Positions 12,711 to 23,799 of a stretch of 64,000 nucleotides of DNA are shown here, one piece after another; positions within the stretch are counted from its first letter, which is position 1, and each line of letters begins with the position of its first letter. Made by a program: the position numbers and the translations under genes. The notes beneath the pieces are model-generated. The model did not search any database and was not told the origin of the DNA. It saw only the letters and a list, made by a program, of their open reading frames with translations. This DNA is from Lobosporangium transversale (lineage: Eukaryota): positions 62,001 to 126,000 of the forward strand of contig NW_019028993.1 of the NCBI RefSeq assembly GCF_002105155.1, given 5' to 3'.

Positions 12711-13270
12711 CTAGAGATTAACCATCATTAAAGCTTTGGTGTTGCTTTTATTCTTTTCCATCTGTTCCTGTATAAGTACGATTGGTGTATCTTCAAATTT
12801 CATTGAATCGACGTCCATTTGCATGATCCAAAGTGCCGAGATCTAACCGTGGACTGCCAATTCAGTAGAAATGGTCTTGTAAACTGAGCTGGTATATTTC
12901 TCATCTAGCAACCATTTTGTTAGGGTCCATAGTTAGAAGCAGGCCACCATGTCCACGAGAATGAGGATTATTAGCCATTTTGGGATCTCTAACCCATTTT
13001 TCGGACCAAAGATATCATAGACCACATCGAGCTTGTTGGATTCATAATAAGTAAAAAAAGTCTTGTCCCAGTCATGCTCTGAATTGAGACACAGCCATTG
13101 TATCATCCTGAAGCTGAGGAATCGAGATCAGGGCTCGTTCATCATAGACTATGAAAGGGATATGCTCAACCATCATGATATTTGTATCTGCGGAAATGGG
13201 CAATAAGGAATGGTTATCCCTTGCTTTTACGATATCGACCATTTATTCTTTTGACCTTACGACCAGGGGG
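12711..13270 (-). pseudogene. Three-TM family, copy C; 3' fragment only, with multiple stops and a frameshift
   Basis: Reverse strand reads LVVRSKE*MVDIVKAR...MMVEHIP..ERALISIPQLQDDTMAVSQFRA*LGQDFF / ..VVYDIFGPKNGLEIPKWLII..ACF*LWTLTKWLLDEKYTSSVYKTIS..., collinear with the C-termini of copies A and B. Confidence 0.9.
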
Positions 13271-13899
13271 TTGTGCACAGCTGCTCGCGTACAGTTCATG
13301 CACTTACACATGAAGCACAACTCTTTAACCTTCAAAGTTTATGAACTTAAACTTCAATCACACCAAAATTGGCCCCTGAACCTCATATTGAATCTTCATT
13401 TTGGAGGATATGGCCTTGTACAGAGATCATATGTAAATGATACTCCAAAGAATGATGCAGGCACCAGTGATAACGCCTAGAAGCTATATTAACTAATTTG
13501 ACACGTCAGTACGTAGAGAGAGTTGCTTACTCAGTCTGGAATGGTGCTATGGTTGAGCAGTGCCTTACAAGTTGCAATAGACGCTATTGAGGCCTGTAAA
13601 CAGACTGTAGAAACCTATGTAAAGCAGCCCCTGGCAGCTTTAGGGGAATAGGCAAATGACATTATGCCCGTAAGATGTTGCGGCTTGGACTCACAGTACA
13701 TACGAGTTACACTGGATGAAAAGCTATTCAGCTTAATTTCTTCTAGAAAGTTCAAGTTGGTTGTAGTCTTTGGGTTGTTTGGTCCGTAACCTGAAGCGAC
13801 TCATCATACTTGATAATGCCTGGCGAAGGAATGTCGCAGAATCCATGCACTTTCATTGATTAAAAAGTGGGCTGAGAAAAGCGACAACACTCCTACTTC

Positions 13900-14260
13900 A
13901 CTTCTGTGTCACGCATTTGTTATCATTGTTCTTGGGATATCGATCATTTCCGAGTGGACAAATCGGTGATAGGGTATTGCATGTTTTTATAGTTTACCAG
14001 CGGTGCAGCAGAACTGTCACTTTTCGTAGACTGCCAGATAAGTGGCAATAGTTATTTTTGATTCGTATAGCGTCGCATTACTAACGAATGCTATTATCAC
14101 CATATACCGCCATTCTGCTTTTAAGGATTGTAGATACACCATTCAACAGCGCGTGTTCATTGCCATATTGGCGCGGCGCCTTTGCAGGGGGAAGAGTCCT
14201 ACTGAAAGCAAGGAAGCCAAAGTAACCGCTTCGACAACGAAGTTTTGTTGTAAATGGTAG
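13900..14260 (-). pseudogene. Possible highly decayed 5' relic of another three-TM family copy
   Basis: Across frameshifts: NFVVEAVTLASLLSVG (same N-to-VG spacing as copy E NIILALFQALLVSAVG), QYGNEHA (cf. KYGDEYA, RLRGEHA) and MVIIAFVS (cf. MVITILAS). A TATAAAAG lies upstream on the minus strand at about 14522-14529. Confidence 0.4.
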
Positions 14261-14889
14261 GTGTATCTTTGCTTAAGGGGCAAAAAGATAGACACAAAAT
14301 CAGGAAAGGACAGTACAAAGAGTGTCAACAAATAAAGACAAACAACCTTGACGACAAACAGCGCCATAGGATGCCGAAAGAGAAAGATGGGAGCTTTATA
14401 GGTTAGCTCACAAACTGAGTTCCTGGACGGCAAATGCTTGTTGTGAAAAGGGGAAAAGATAATAGCAAGAACAAGACGTATGGGGAAAACTGAAGACTTT
14501 ATTGAGGAAGAAGTTCTTTGGCTTTTATAACTTAGCCTACAGGCCTGACTGTGGTGCTTTCTAGGTGAGGTGGACTCACCGATAGCTTAAGGCTTTGCAC
14601 AAAGGTTCTTTTAACTGTGGATCGACAGAATGTCCCGATTAGTTGATACAAAGTAAAAATAAAATAGTTATAATTAATTTATATAACTATTAATGACCAG
14701 CCACAACAGTTACAGGGTGACGTAGTTTTAGATACAATTGACTCAATTTTTTCGGATCTCCGAATTTCCCTTTGGTCGCCAGATCAGTCATTGGCATTGA
14801 CACAACAAGAGCATTTTAATATTCTTTACATCAACTTTCTCTCCTCTCTTCTCTTGTCTTGAGGCTTGTTTCCATAAATATAATCAATC

Positions 14890-15090
14890 ATGGCCAACTT
14901 TGAAGACCCTTGGGCAAAGCATCACGCCTGGCGCAACAGCACCATCTTCACACGCTCTGCTCGCATCCGCACCATGTTTCCCGGCCTCGGAATCGCCTCG
15001 GTTGCATTTGCCGCATATCTCGGATACGAGTACATTACCGCACCCAAGGCTGATGCCCATCACCACCAACACGGCGAGACTCACCACTAA
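14890..15090 (+). CDS. NDUFB3: NADH:ubiquinone oxidoreductase (complex I) B12 subunit
   Basis: DPW....AWR....F.......MFPGLGIASVAFAAYLGYEY followed by a His-rich tail matches fungal NB2M/B12. Confidence 0.9.
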   Translation: MANFEDPWAKHHAWRNSTIFTRSARIRTMFPGLGIASVAFAAYLGYEYITAPKADAHHHQHGETHH

Positions 15091-16744
15091 ATTCAGGGAA
15101 CCATCAAGATGGCTTTGTCAGGATGCGGGAAAGAAGTGAACTAGAGGCGTATCAAAAAAGACGTAATGCTTTTACCCGTATGAGTAGAAAAAAATAATAA
15201 TAATAAACAAGGAAAAAAAAAAAAAAAAAAAAAAAAAAGAAAAGAAAGGACGATTGGAACAAAAGCGTTTAGGGACGATCCTTGTTTGTGAATTGGTGAA
15301 GCGAACGAGCTTGACACAGGAAGAAGAGGAAAAAAAATACAGAGAGCATACCATTTGAGGTTGTTGGATAAATTATCTCTCTACTTTTTCCAGTCAAGGA
15401 ACTGTGTTGAACATATTGACGATGTTTTGTATATTATAATTTCCCAAGGCCTTCCCACAGTCAAAAAATCAGAATGCTTTTTTTCTTTTTTCTGTTTTTT
15501 CGCTCGTCGTTTCTGTCTTTTTAAAAATCTATAATACTTCGCGAAAGCTTTCAAAATACGACTCTCCCAACAATACTTTGCCTGCAAAATGGTTTATCAA
15601 TCTTTCTCATCGGCCTTTTTTTTTTGCTAACATGGAAACATAAACACCTCTCGACAAAAGGAACCATACAGATGAATAAACAATTCCTTGTAGTATTTTT
15701 GAAATTCCTCTATTACTTATTTCCATCCTACCAAGTTTTATCTTTAACAGTATCTGTTGAATCATCAATATAATCGCGCGATGATGCTCAAAAACCATAG
15801 ATATTGGTTCAACGAACTGAGTCTATATAATTCATAGCTGTTGATTAGATAATCAAACATGACTTGTAAAGAAAATAATAATAATAATAATCAAATACCA
15901 TGAATGGCCATTTTCGCAATTATATGACACCAGTTTAGCTAAGACAGTTCACTACATCGTGCTCAGGGACACAGCCATCGGTTTTCAAGTGATTGTCATT
16001 AACTTCATAATTAAAAAAGAAGCTATCAACATCATAGGAAGGAGCCCATAGATGTCCCTATTTTAGGGGCTTGGATAGCAACATGGCTTTTGTACGTGAA
16101 TTAATGAAATTGCTAGGATTTCAGTCTACACTGCGTTGGAGTTTGGTCTAGCTTGATGTAGTAAAGCATTGACCGACTCAAATTAACCCCCCTATCACAA
16201 ATAGCATAAACAGCACAGACTTGGAGCTAAAACACAAACAATGCAGAAATAAATAAATAAAAAAAGACGGTGAACCCAGGAGCGTTTTTTTGTCAATTGG
16301 CAGCGATCATTATCTTAGTGCAGTCGCTTAAAGCCTTCAATCAAAGCTGTATTACGACGCATGCACACAATGCTTGGATTTGCATAAATAAATATGAAGT
16401 GGCGCCCGAAGAGGTTGGCGTTTAAATGGGTCATGATTACCATTTTTCTTCCGATAATCTACCCCTGCAGGAGATGTCTCTCTTCATATTACATACCTCA
16501 ATTGATGCTAAGGAGAGAAGGAATTATTTGTTTAATTAAATGCTATGGACTATCTGATAACATAGCTTTGATGGATCTATTCTATGCACATGGCTCACCG
16601 AGAATCAGGTTTGCACTCGAAACGCTCTTAGCGGTGGGTCAGTGCAGAAACTAAAAATAAAAAAATAAAAAAAATAATAGATGAATACGCTAATCAATAA
16701 AATATCTAAAACGGGCTGAATGATTTCAAAGGGAAAATTATATA

Positions 16745-17000
16745 CAGTGGAATCTCGATAATTGTACACTTTTGTACAAATTTCAAATTTGATATATTTC
16801 TAGGCCATTGATTGGCTAAGAAGCCCACAATTCATGAAAAACTATTCTAAAAATCCTCTGCTGATTCCCCTACTCCAGTTGAGTGTGGGTTTTTTAGAAT
16901 ACTTTTTTTTAAAAGAGTAAGGCTCTTAGCCAACCAATGGCCTAGAAATATATCAAATTTGAAATTTGTACAAAAGTGTACAATTATCGAGATTCCACTG
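16745..17000. mobile_element. MITE of Tc1/mariner-pogo type, 256 bp, about 77-bp terminal inverted repeats, TA target-site duplication
   Basis: The left end CAGTGGAATCTCGATAATTGTACACTTTTG...GGCTAAGA (16745-16821) is the reverse complement of 16924-17000 with one mismatch. Flanked by TA at 16743-16744 and 17001-17002. No coding capacity. Confidence 0.92.
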
Positions 17001-17293
17001 TATGAAAGTGCAACCTCAAATGTTTGCCCAGCAAAGGAGAACAGGCGCACAAGCGTGAATTACTCTTCCCGAGACAATTTTTTTTTTATTCTTAATGTAC
17101 TACAAGGTCTGAGAAACAGTGCGACACAAAAATGCGCGCACAGACATCAAATCTCGACTCATCGGCCTGAAGTGTGAGACCCATTCACCCATAATCATCC
17201 GCAGTAGAAAAGCAAGGAGAATGTTGCCCTAAATGAGTTGCACCATGAAAAAATAAATTTGTTTAGGCATATTTACAGTAGTTACAGTCTGTC

Positions 17294-17332
<39 letters not shown>

Positions 17333-17928
17333 GAAGTAAATATCTCTAACAATACTGCGCCAGATCATTTCACGCCAAAAGCATTTGCAGTTGAGTTTAT
17401 TCCCAGTTTTTGGGTCCCTTATCCGTTTTTCTTTTCTTTCTTTTGTGTTAATGGGACAAATGACATCCAAGAGTGGATAGAAATAACCGGGGTGCCTTGT
17501 GAGACAATGCGTGGTCAATGCGTAAAAGCATTCGAGTGTCTGAATGCCGTGGATGCTCAAAATAAATTATTTCCCTTATTTTGAGACATGATGTTTTTAA
17601 AAATGCTGTCTGTGCACGATTTGAGTCCAAAAGCTCGGCCCCAAGCTAAAACAGGTCTGTATGCACTTTGCACCACACGTTGTAATGTTTAAAACACAGA
17701 CAAGGTGCCAAGCTGAGACAGCGCACCAAAAAAAAAAAAAAAAAAAAAATCACCGATAACCAGCCATATCATAGCTCATATTTCGACCATTCTCGCTCGA
17801 ATATCTCAACGTCTTAGGTACTCCATGCTTTGACCTTGCAAATGTGTCATAACTTTTACTCACGCCTCACCAGATCAAGGTCATTACCGTATAGTGGGGA
17901 CACTGGAGCATAGAGTCTTCAACTTTTC

Positions 17929-17936
17929 TATAAAAG
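17929..17936 (+). promoter_or_regulatory. TATA box of secreted peptide gene 1
   Basis: TATAAAAG about 190 bp upstream of ATG 18120, followed by a CA/CT-rich leader. AATAAA at 18451-18456 lies downstream of the stop. Confidence 0.6.
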
Positions 17937-18119
17937 AAGGACAATAGCCCACCCCACTTTCTATCCACACTACATTCAACAGTCAATCACTTCAAACCAC
18001 AACCGATTCATCCACATTATTCCTATTCAAGCCCTTCTGAATCGAGGCTTTATACCCTTTTCACTTAATTCTCAAACTAAACGGCCAGCCCAAACCAGAC
18101 CAACTAGTCTCAATCCAAC

Positions 18120-18323
18120 ATGAAGTTCTCCATCACCCTCACTACCCTCGTCGTCCTTGCTCTCTCAGTCATGTCCATTCAAGCTGCTCCAGTCGATACG
18201 AATCTCGTTGAGAAAAGGGCTTGCTGCAGTTCTCTCCCCACCTGCCAAAAATTGTCACCCGAATATAGATTACAATGCATGATGAGAGCCAAAACCTTAG
18301 GCAATTGCAGTTCAAGATGTTAA
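18120..18323 (+). CDS. Small secreted cysteine-rich prepropeptide 1 (signal peptide, pro region, KR site, 34-aa mature peptide with 6 Cys)
   Basis: MKFSITLTTLVVLALSVMSIQA-APVDTNLVEKR-ACCSSLPTCQKLSPEYRLQCMMRAKTLGNCSSRC, with a TATA box and a poly(A) signal. Confidence 0.85.
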   Translation: MKFSITLTTLVVLALSVMSIQAAPVDTNLVEKRACCSSLPTCQKLSPEYRLQCMMRAKTLGNCSSRC

Positions 18324-19462
18324 GCAAGAGGATAGTCACCAAATCCACTCAAGAGTCTACCGATAATAAGAGAGATTGTGTGCAGACTTTATACTTTGCT
18401 GGTTCCAAAGTTCCTCTATACTCAATATATTTCTTATAGTCTTATAATTTAATAAACACATGTAATTCAAATCTGTGTATCAGTTCATTATATCTATTAT
18501 CTGCTATTCAACTTCCTGTGCACTGTAGCCGACAGAGCGACAATGGAAGAAATCGAGAGCATATCAAGGGCAACTCTATCTGTATTTTATGAAAAATATT
18601 AGTAATTTGATTTCTGCGGTAAAGTTGAGAGATGATCTACGCAGTACACTAAAGGAATACACTGAAATCATCGTGGCAAAATATCTGAGATTAGGCCTGT
18701 CAGGAGTAACAAGAATACCTCGAACTCTTCCGAAGAAATGACTTTGGACTGCATATTGACAATAATATATTGTTCACCGAAAATGTTTTCGATAACTACC
18801 GGAAACTAAAGCAACCAAATAACGAAAACAATAGACAGCATTGGTGAGCATACAAGCAAGCAATGACAGTTCTCGACATCCATCGAGTCATGAAGTAAAG
18901 TCCACATTACCAACCTCAGTTATGTTTGCCCATGTCACTGGGGTCGGTGTCAATGTTTTCAAGAATAGGCGTGAGTGCCCTACTGGTCACAGTACTTAGT
19001 CGATGTCATCAAGATCCCTATGCTAAGGAAAATACACGTCCCTTATAGCCGCGCATCGGCCTTTAAGATCTATTAAAATGAGGAACGGTAAGATTTACCG
19101 CTGATTTCAAAGTCCCTTGCATGTAGCATGACATTTAGAATTGATAAATGCCCTTTATTAGAAGGATTGAAAGAACGGGATTTAAATGCTAAATCCAACG
19201 CTTCAACGAAAGCTGTTCCAGAGCCCAGAGCTGCTATGTGAGCTTTCCTAAGTTGGTGATTTATAACCTTACATAGAACAGACGGGGTATAAGGTATCCC
19301 AGTCCTCCCATTTAATTTCTCTGAAAGAGAAGAAGTTTAATAAATGGGTGCGATTTGAAGCTTTCTAATACCTTCAATGCTCAGTCTTACAAGAGGTTTA
19401 TGTATCTACCTGACTGTATATTTTATAAACGCGAGTTTTTATTACAGTTAACAATATCGTGA

Positions 19463-21193
19463 CTAGGATTTGGGATTATTGATCGTGGAAGAGGCACAAT
19501 TAGCTATAACTTTTGAACTATGTTTTGTATCCACATTAGAACTAGGCTCTGTGGGAATGACAGGAACACCTTCAAACTCCACAGGGTTGACCTTCGACCG
19601 CATCAGCATTGGCGCAAAGTTGTTCAAATAGTGTTGCATCGGAAGCGCGATTGTTTTGTAGAGCGAGCTGGTATATCGTCCGTCTAAGAGGTACTCCGTG
19701 GCCACCAGAAAAACAAGACAGCAGGAAGCGATGACGGGTACAAGAATGATAAGCCATTGGGGGATCTCAAGGCCATGCTCGATGTCGATTGTGTCATATA
19801 ACACAATTAAGCGGCTCTTAGTGAGATCAGCTAAAAAGTTGTATCCTAATTCCGCAAAGTACTGGGATATCGCAGCCGTAGCGTTTCTGATGCTGGAGAT
19901 TGAGAATTGCGCTTGGCCTGCTGATCTAAGGTAGGTGATTTGCATTGAGATGCTCTCGTCTTTCATTTCTGGCAAGACGCCCCCAAACTCAGATATTATT
20001 TGAGGATCGATTCTTTTTTCCTTCAACATATTTATCTCAGCGACTACGTACAAACACAATGTGATATCTTTGAAGTTGGGATTGGTGTAGTCGCCATTGA
20101 AGTCATCTATGAGTTCCCAAGGCAAGTAGCGGGTTGGGGCACATGTCAAAACATTGATGGAGGTGCCTTGAATCCTCATCTCACTGAATACACTAGTGAT
20201 GTTTCCTGGACCTGCAGTTGCATTCTGAATGACCGGCTCCATAGCTTGAAAAAGTTCATCGTAATCATCAAATATTTCTTTCGAAGTTTCGTTAAAGAAA
20301 TTTGACGGGGTAATCACAAAGTTCATATCGGAAACGGTGATTGTAGTGACTCTTCCAGAAGGAAAAACGCATTTTTTTATCGAAGTCATCGGTAAAATGG
20401 TTAATCCATTAGTGGGTTCAAGAGTTACACTTCTGAAGGTGTTAGGCAAAGTGCAAACCTCTCCATCGCGATCCACGGCAATGTTCATGACCAAATCATT
20501 GTAAAAATTAAAGGATTCAGATTTTACAGAGACGCTCCATCGACTGTCAGACCTCTTCTTTTTGCGCATGGTTTTTGTATTAAAGACTATTGGGGCGCCG
20601 CGGATGCTGAGTGTAGTCTTTGCACAACCATTGTTTTCCAAAAGAGCCCTAGAATCGTCTAACATTGCGTAAATATCTAGCTTGTCACATCCGCTTTCAT
20701 ATGGCGATAGTTTTGGGGTATATATCCGCCCTTCAACAGCATCTGGGATAAGTTTAGTGTCGCCTATCATTGCTACTACGGTGTCCACAGCGGTAGAGAT
20801 ATTACGGATAGACTTTGACCATCCACTGAACATACTCTCTCCAAGTGGCAAGTACTGTTTGGTGTTTACAATAGCGGAGGATGGATTTGTTGCTCTGGTT
20901 GTAGGCTCAATGAATCGTACTGCTCCTCTTCCCATGATGGCTGCTGCGAGCGTGGCGAGAATGGTGAATAAAAGTGCTGTTTTGGCTTGTAGTGATATGT
21001 CGTTACGAGTGTTGATGAGGAAGTTGAACATTTCCAGGTATCCTCCTTGTCGGACCCATCGGATACTGTTAGCGTGCTCGCCGCGGAGCCTAGAGTATAC
21101 AGCAATAGCAGCGCCGATAGAGGCAACTACAAGGAACCGTGTGATGGCCAATATGATATTGACGAAAACAAGTGTCCAGGGATAATACGCCAT
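19463..21193 (-). CDS. Three-TM, six-Cys-ectodomain family, copy D (intact, about 576 aa, intronless)
   Basis: MAYYPWTLVFVNIILA.. TM1; GEHANSIRWVRQGGYLEM; TM2; ectodomain with 6 Cys and several N-X-S/T sequons; GLEIPQWL plus TM3; LLDGRYTSSLYK. Confidence 0.88.
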   Translation of the reverse strand: MAYYPWTLVFVNIILAITRFLVVASIGAAIAVYSRLRGEHANSIRWVRQGGYLEMFNFLINTRNDISLQAKTALLFTILATLAAAIMGRGAVRFIEPTTRATNPSSAIVNTKQYLPLGESMFSGWSKSIRNISTAVDTVVAMIGDTKLIPDAVEGRIYTPKLSPYESGCDKLDIYAMLDDSRALLENNGCAKTTLSIRGAPIVFNTKTMRKKKRSDSRWSVSVKSESFNFYNDLVMNIAVDRDGEVCTLPNTFRSVTLEPTNGLTILPMTSIKKCVFPSGRVTTITVSDMNFVITPSNFFNETSKEIFDDYDELFQAMEPVIQNATAGPGNITSVFSEMRIQGTSINVLTCAPTRYLPWELIDDFNGDYTNPNFKDITLCLYVVAEINMLKEKRIDPQIISEFGGVLPEMKDESISMQITYLRSAGQAQFSISSIRNATAAISQYFAELGYNFLADLTKSRLIVLYDTIDIEHGLEIPQWLIILVPVIASCCLVFLVATEYLLDGRYTSSLYKTIALPMQHYLNNFAPMLMRSKVNPVEFEGVPVIPTEPSSNVDTKHSSKVIANCASSTINNPKS

Positions 21194-21783
21194 GATAGAA
21201 TAAGAATTGAACAAGTAAAAAAAAAAATAGAGGGAGAGAAAGAAAAGTGAGAGGGATCGTGGTAAAAAAAAAAAAAAAAAAAAAGCATACTTTATATTCA
21301 ATTACTTTTTCCCTTGCCCAGAATCTGAAACGCAAACTGGGGGTAGCATACAAATTTGAATTCAGGGGAATGACGGCACAAACAAAAACCTAAATGTTTG
21401 CCTGACTTAAAAATCAGAGAGCACTGCATCTTACCCTAATTTAATCGACTGAGGCGGAACCCCTGAAACGCAAACAGCACAGCAGTGGCATCAATTGTTA
21501 GAAGCTCTGGTTACCAAGATTTGTTGAAGTGTTTCAGGATTATTAGTTGATAGTCTATACAGGAGTATCATTTATGTCATTGTTTGCATTCAGACCATGG
21601 GGCCATGGATGATTGTTGGCGCAAACTCTCATCAAGGATGCTGCATTGCTGTGATAGGATTAAGGTTAGAGATGACAATAGGTTTTCCTTAAATTTTGAT
21701 TTGCCAGACATCAAGAGCAGCTTTAATTTTCCGTCCTCACGCGTTGATTCACTATATTCATAATCCGCATTCCTACCTTGATC

Positions 21784-23500
21784 ATGGCCAATACATTGAG
21801 TACTGCTCGAGAATCCTCGGCCACGGATACGCTTCTCACCGGATCAAAAGCCATACAGGGACAAGACAATAAAGGAAAGAATAAGAAGAGCATAAAAGAT
21901 GAGAGAGGCAGCAGTAAGGACATTGAAAAAGAGAATGAACCTCCTCTTAATGATGACACAATTCCGAAGCAGACCCAGGGAACTAAGCTTGCGCCTAGTA
22001 GCGCTGAGTCCGACAAGGAGAATTTTGCGGGCGCCAAAAAACGCAAGCGTTCACGATCAACGCGAATTGTACCGCTGAATGAATGCAATGATGAGGTTGA
22101 GGAATCGGAAAGTGAAAGCAGTGATCGCGACTCTGATGATGACTACGCGACTCATGGAAAGAAGAATAAAGTAGACTTGTCTGAGCACATCAAACGGGGC
22201 TCTTCTAGGCGTCGACACGAGCCAGAGATGTCAGAATATGGTGAGTCCTTTTAATCGTATCCATTACTACGAGATCAATGATAACTCGGAAGACTAATGC
22301 TAGGCTTCAGAAAAACAACGACTGGAGAATATCAAGAGGAACCAGGAGATGCTCCAGTTCTTGGAATTACCTACAGTCACGACAGCTATAATGACAGTTT
22401 CTATCGAAGACAAGAATGACACAAGTCTTAGTGACCAAGAAAAGCCAATAACTGCTTCTATAAGGTACTGAATGTGCGTAGTATAGCAGCCTTATTTTAT
22501 TTAAGCGAATTCTTGGTAATACTAATATCATGTTATCTTGAATAGAATACGGAAGCAGCGTGTGAAGTCAGGTACATATAAATACAACACAATGTGCTGA
22601 GACAACGGCTCTGTATCTGACAATTTATTTTTCTTTGCTATACCGAATACTATAGTTCCCAAAGTTGTACAATCAGTCAGAACTTCAAACAGATTGCGTG
22701 GACTCCCCGTGAAAAGTATTGAGGTTGGGGAAGACGACAATGTGCATCGCGAGGAATCACCAGCTGTCAAAAAAACTAATATCAAGACAGAGCACCGTAA
22801 TGAAGATGATGCTAGCGATAACGAAGAAGATGCAGCTAATCTTATGTCAGGAGATTTATTTTTTGATGAGGAGACAAGAAAGAAAGCCATTCGTGTCGAT
22901 GGCCATTACAAGGGCTGGTTGAATGAAGGCGTCATGAAGAGATATGGCTTTGAAAAATCTGCGCAGGAAGCATGGGAAGCAAATGGCGGAGGTGCATTTT
23001 CATTCAAAGACCTACAAGGGCTAGGTGATAGTACAGGAGGTGCCAAATCTAAATCATCAAAGAAACCAAAACATGACGCCAAGATGGTTGCAAAGGCCAT
23101 GTTCAAGAAAAACCCTAATGCGTTTTTCTATCGACATAACGAACCAGGCCAAGTATGCAGACGTCCATATCGCTCATGAACTATTATTAAATTGTTGCAT
23201 GCCAAATCAGTCTTCTTATTTTATTTTGTTCCGTTTGACATTCAAATACGATAGGAGCAATGGACAGGAGATTGGACAACAGAAGAAGGAGAGTTGTTTC
23301 TCAAGGTAGTAAAGGAATTTGGATGTGGTGATAAATGGGGTCTGTTTGCCAGCCACATTCCACACCGCGTGGGATATCAATGCAGCAACTACTACCGTCA
23401 GGTTGTCTTGCCTACAGGCCTGGTTTTTGACCCCAACTATGAATACACATCAAGAGGCAAACCGGTTTATTGCGGCAAGTACAACCAACGGCGCGATTAA
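21784..23500 (+). CDS. Myb/SANT-like domain nuclear protein. Exons about 21784-22240, 22311-22464, 22546-22571, 22656-23152, 23255-23500
   Basis: Spliced product has a basic NLS-like KKRKRSR, a SEYEKQRLENIKRNQEML motif, and NPNAFFYRHNEPGQ|EQWTGDWTTEEKELFLKVVKEFGCGDKWGLFASHIPHRVGYQCSNYYR (Myb repeat). Introns are canonical and frame-consistent. Confidence 0.8.
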
Positions 23501-23799
23501 AAAAATCCATAACTGTAAATATCTATATATCTATCCTTCAATATGACTATACATTCTTAGTATATTTTCCGTTTGCAATAAAGAAGGCAAAGAGAACTCT
23601 CTTACTTTGCCTGGAATCAAAAGTGGCTGCGGTTGTTCTATTCTATGTTTTTATGTGTCTCTGAAAAATAAAAATATGTCTAGTCTAGTCTACAAATGGT
23701 GTCAAAATACTGATGTGCGGATGTGGTGCAAAAAGCACGGTGCATAAAAATAACTGCATGGGTGGGTGGGTGGTGGGGACGGGTAAAGGTATTATGCCT

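Noticed and set aside
18500..19450. Spacer between peptide 1 and copy D as a third module component or a repeat shared with 28500-29650
   Set aside because: No ORF of 60 aa or more, and no visible similarity between the two spacers.
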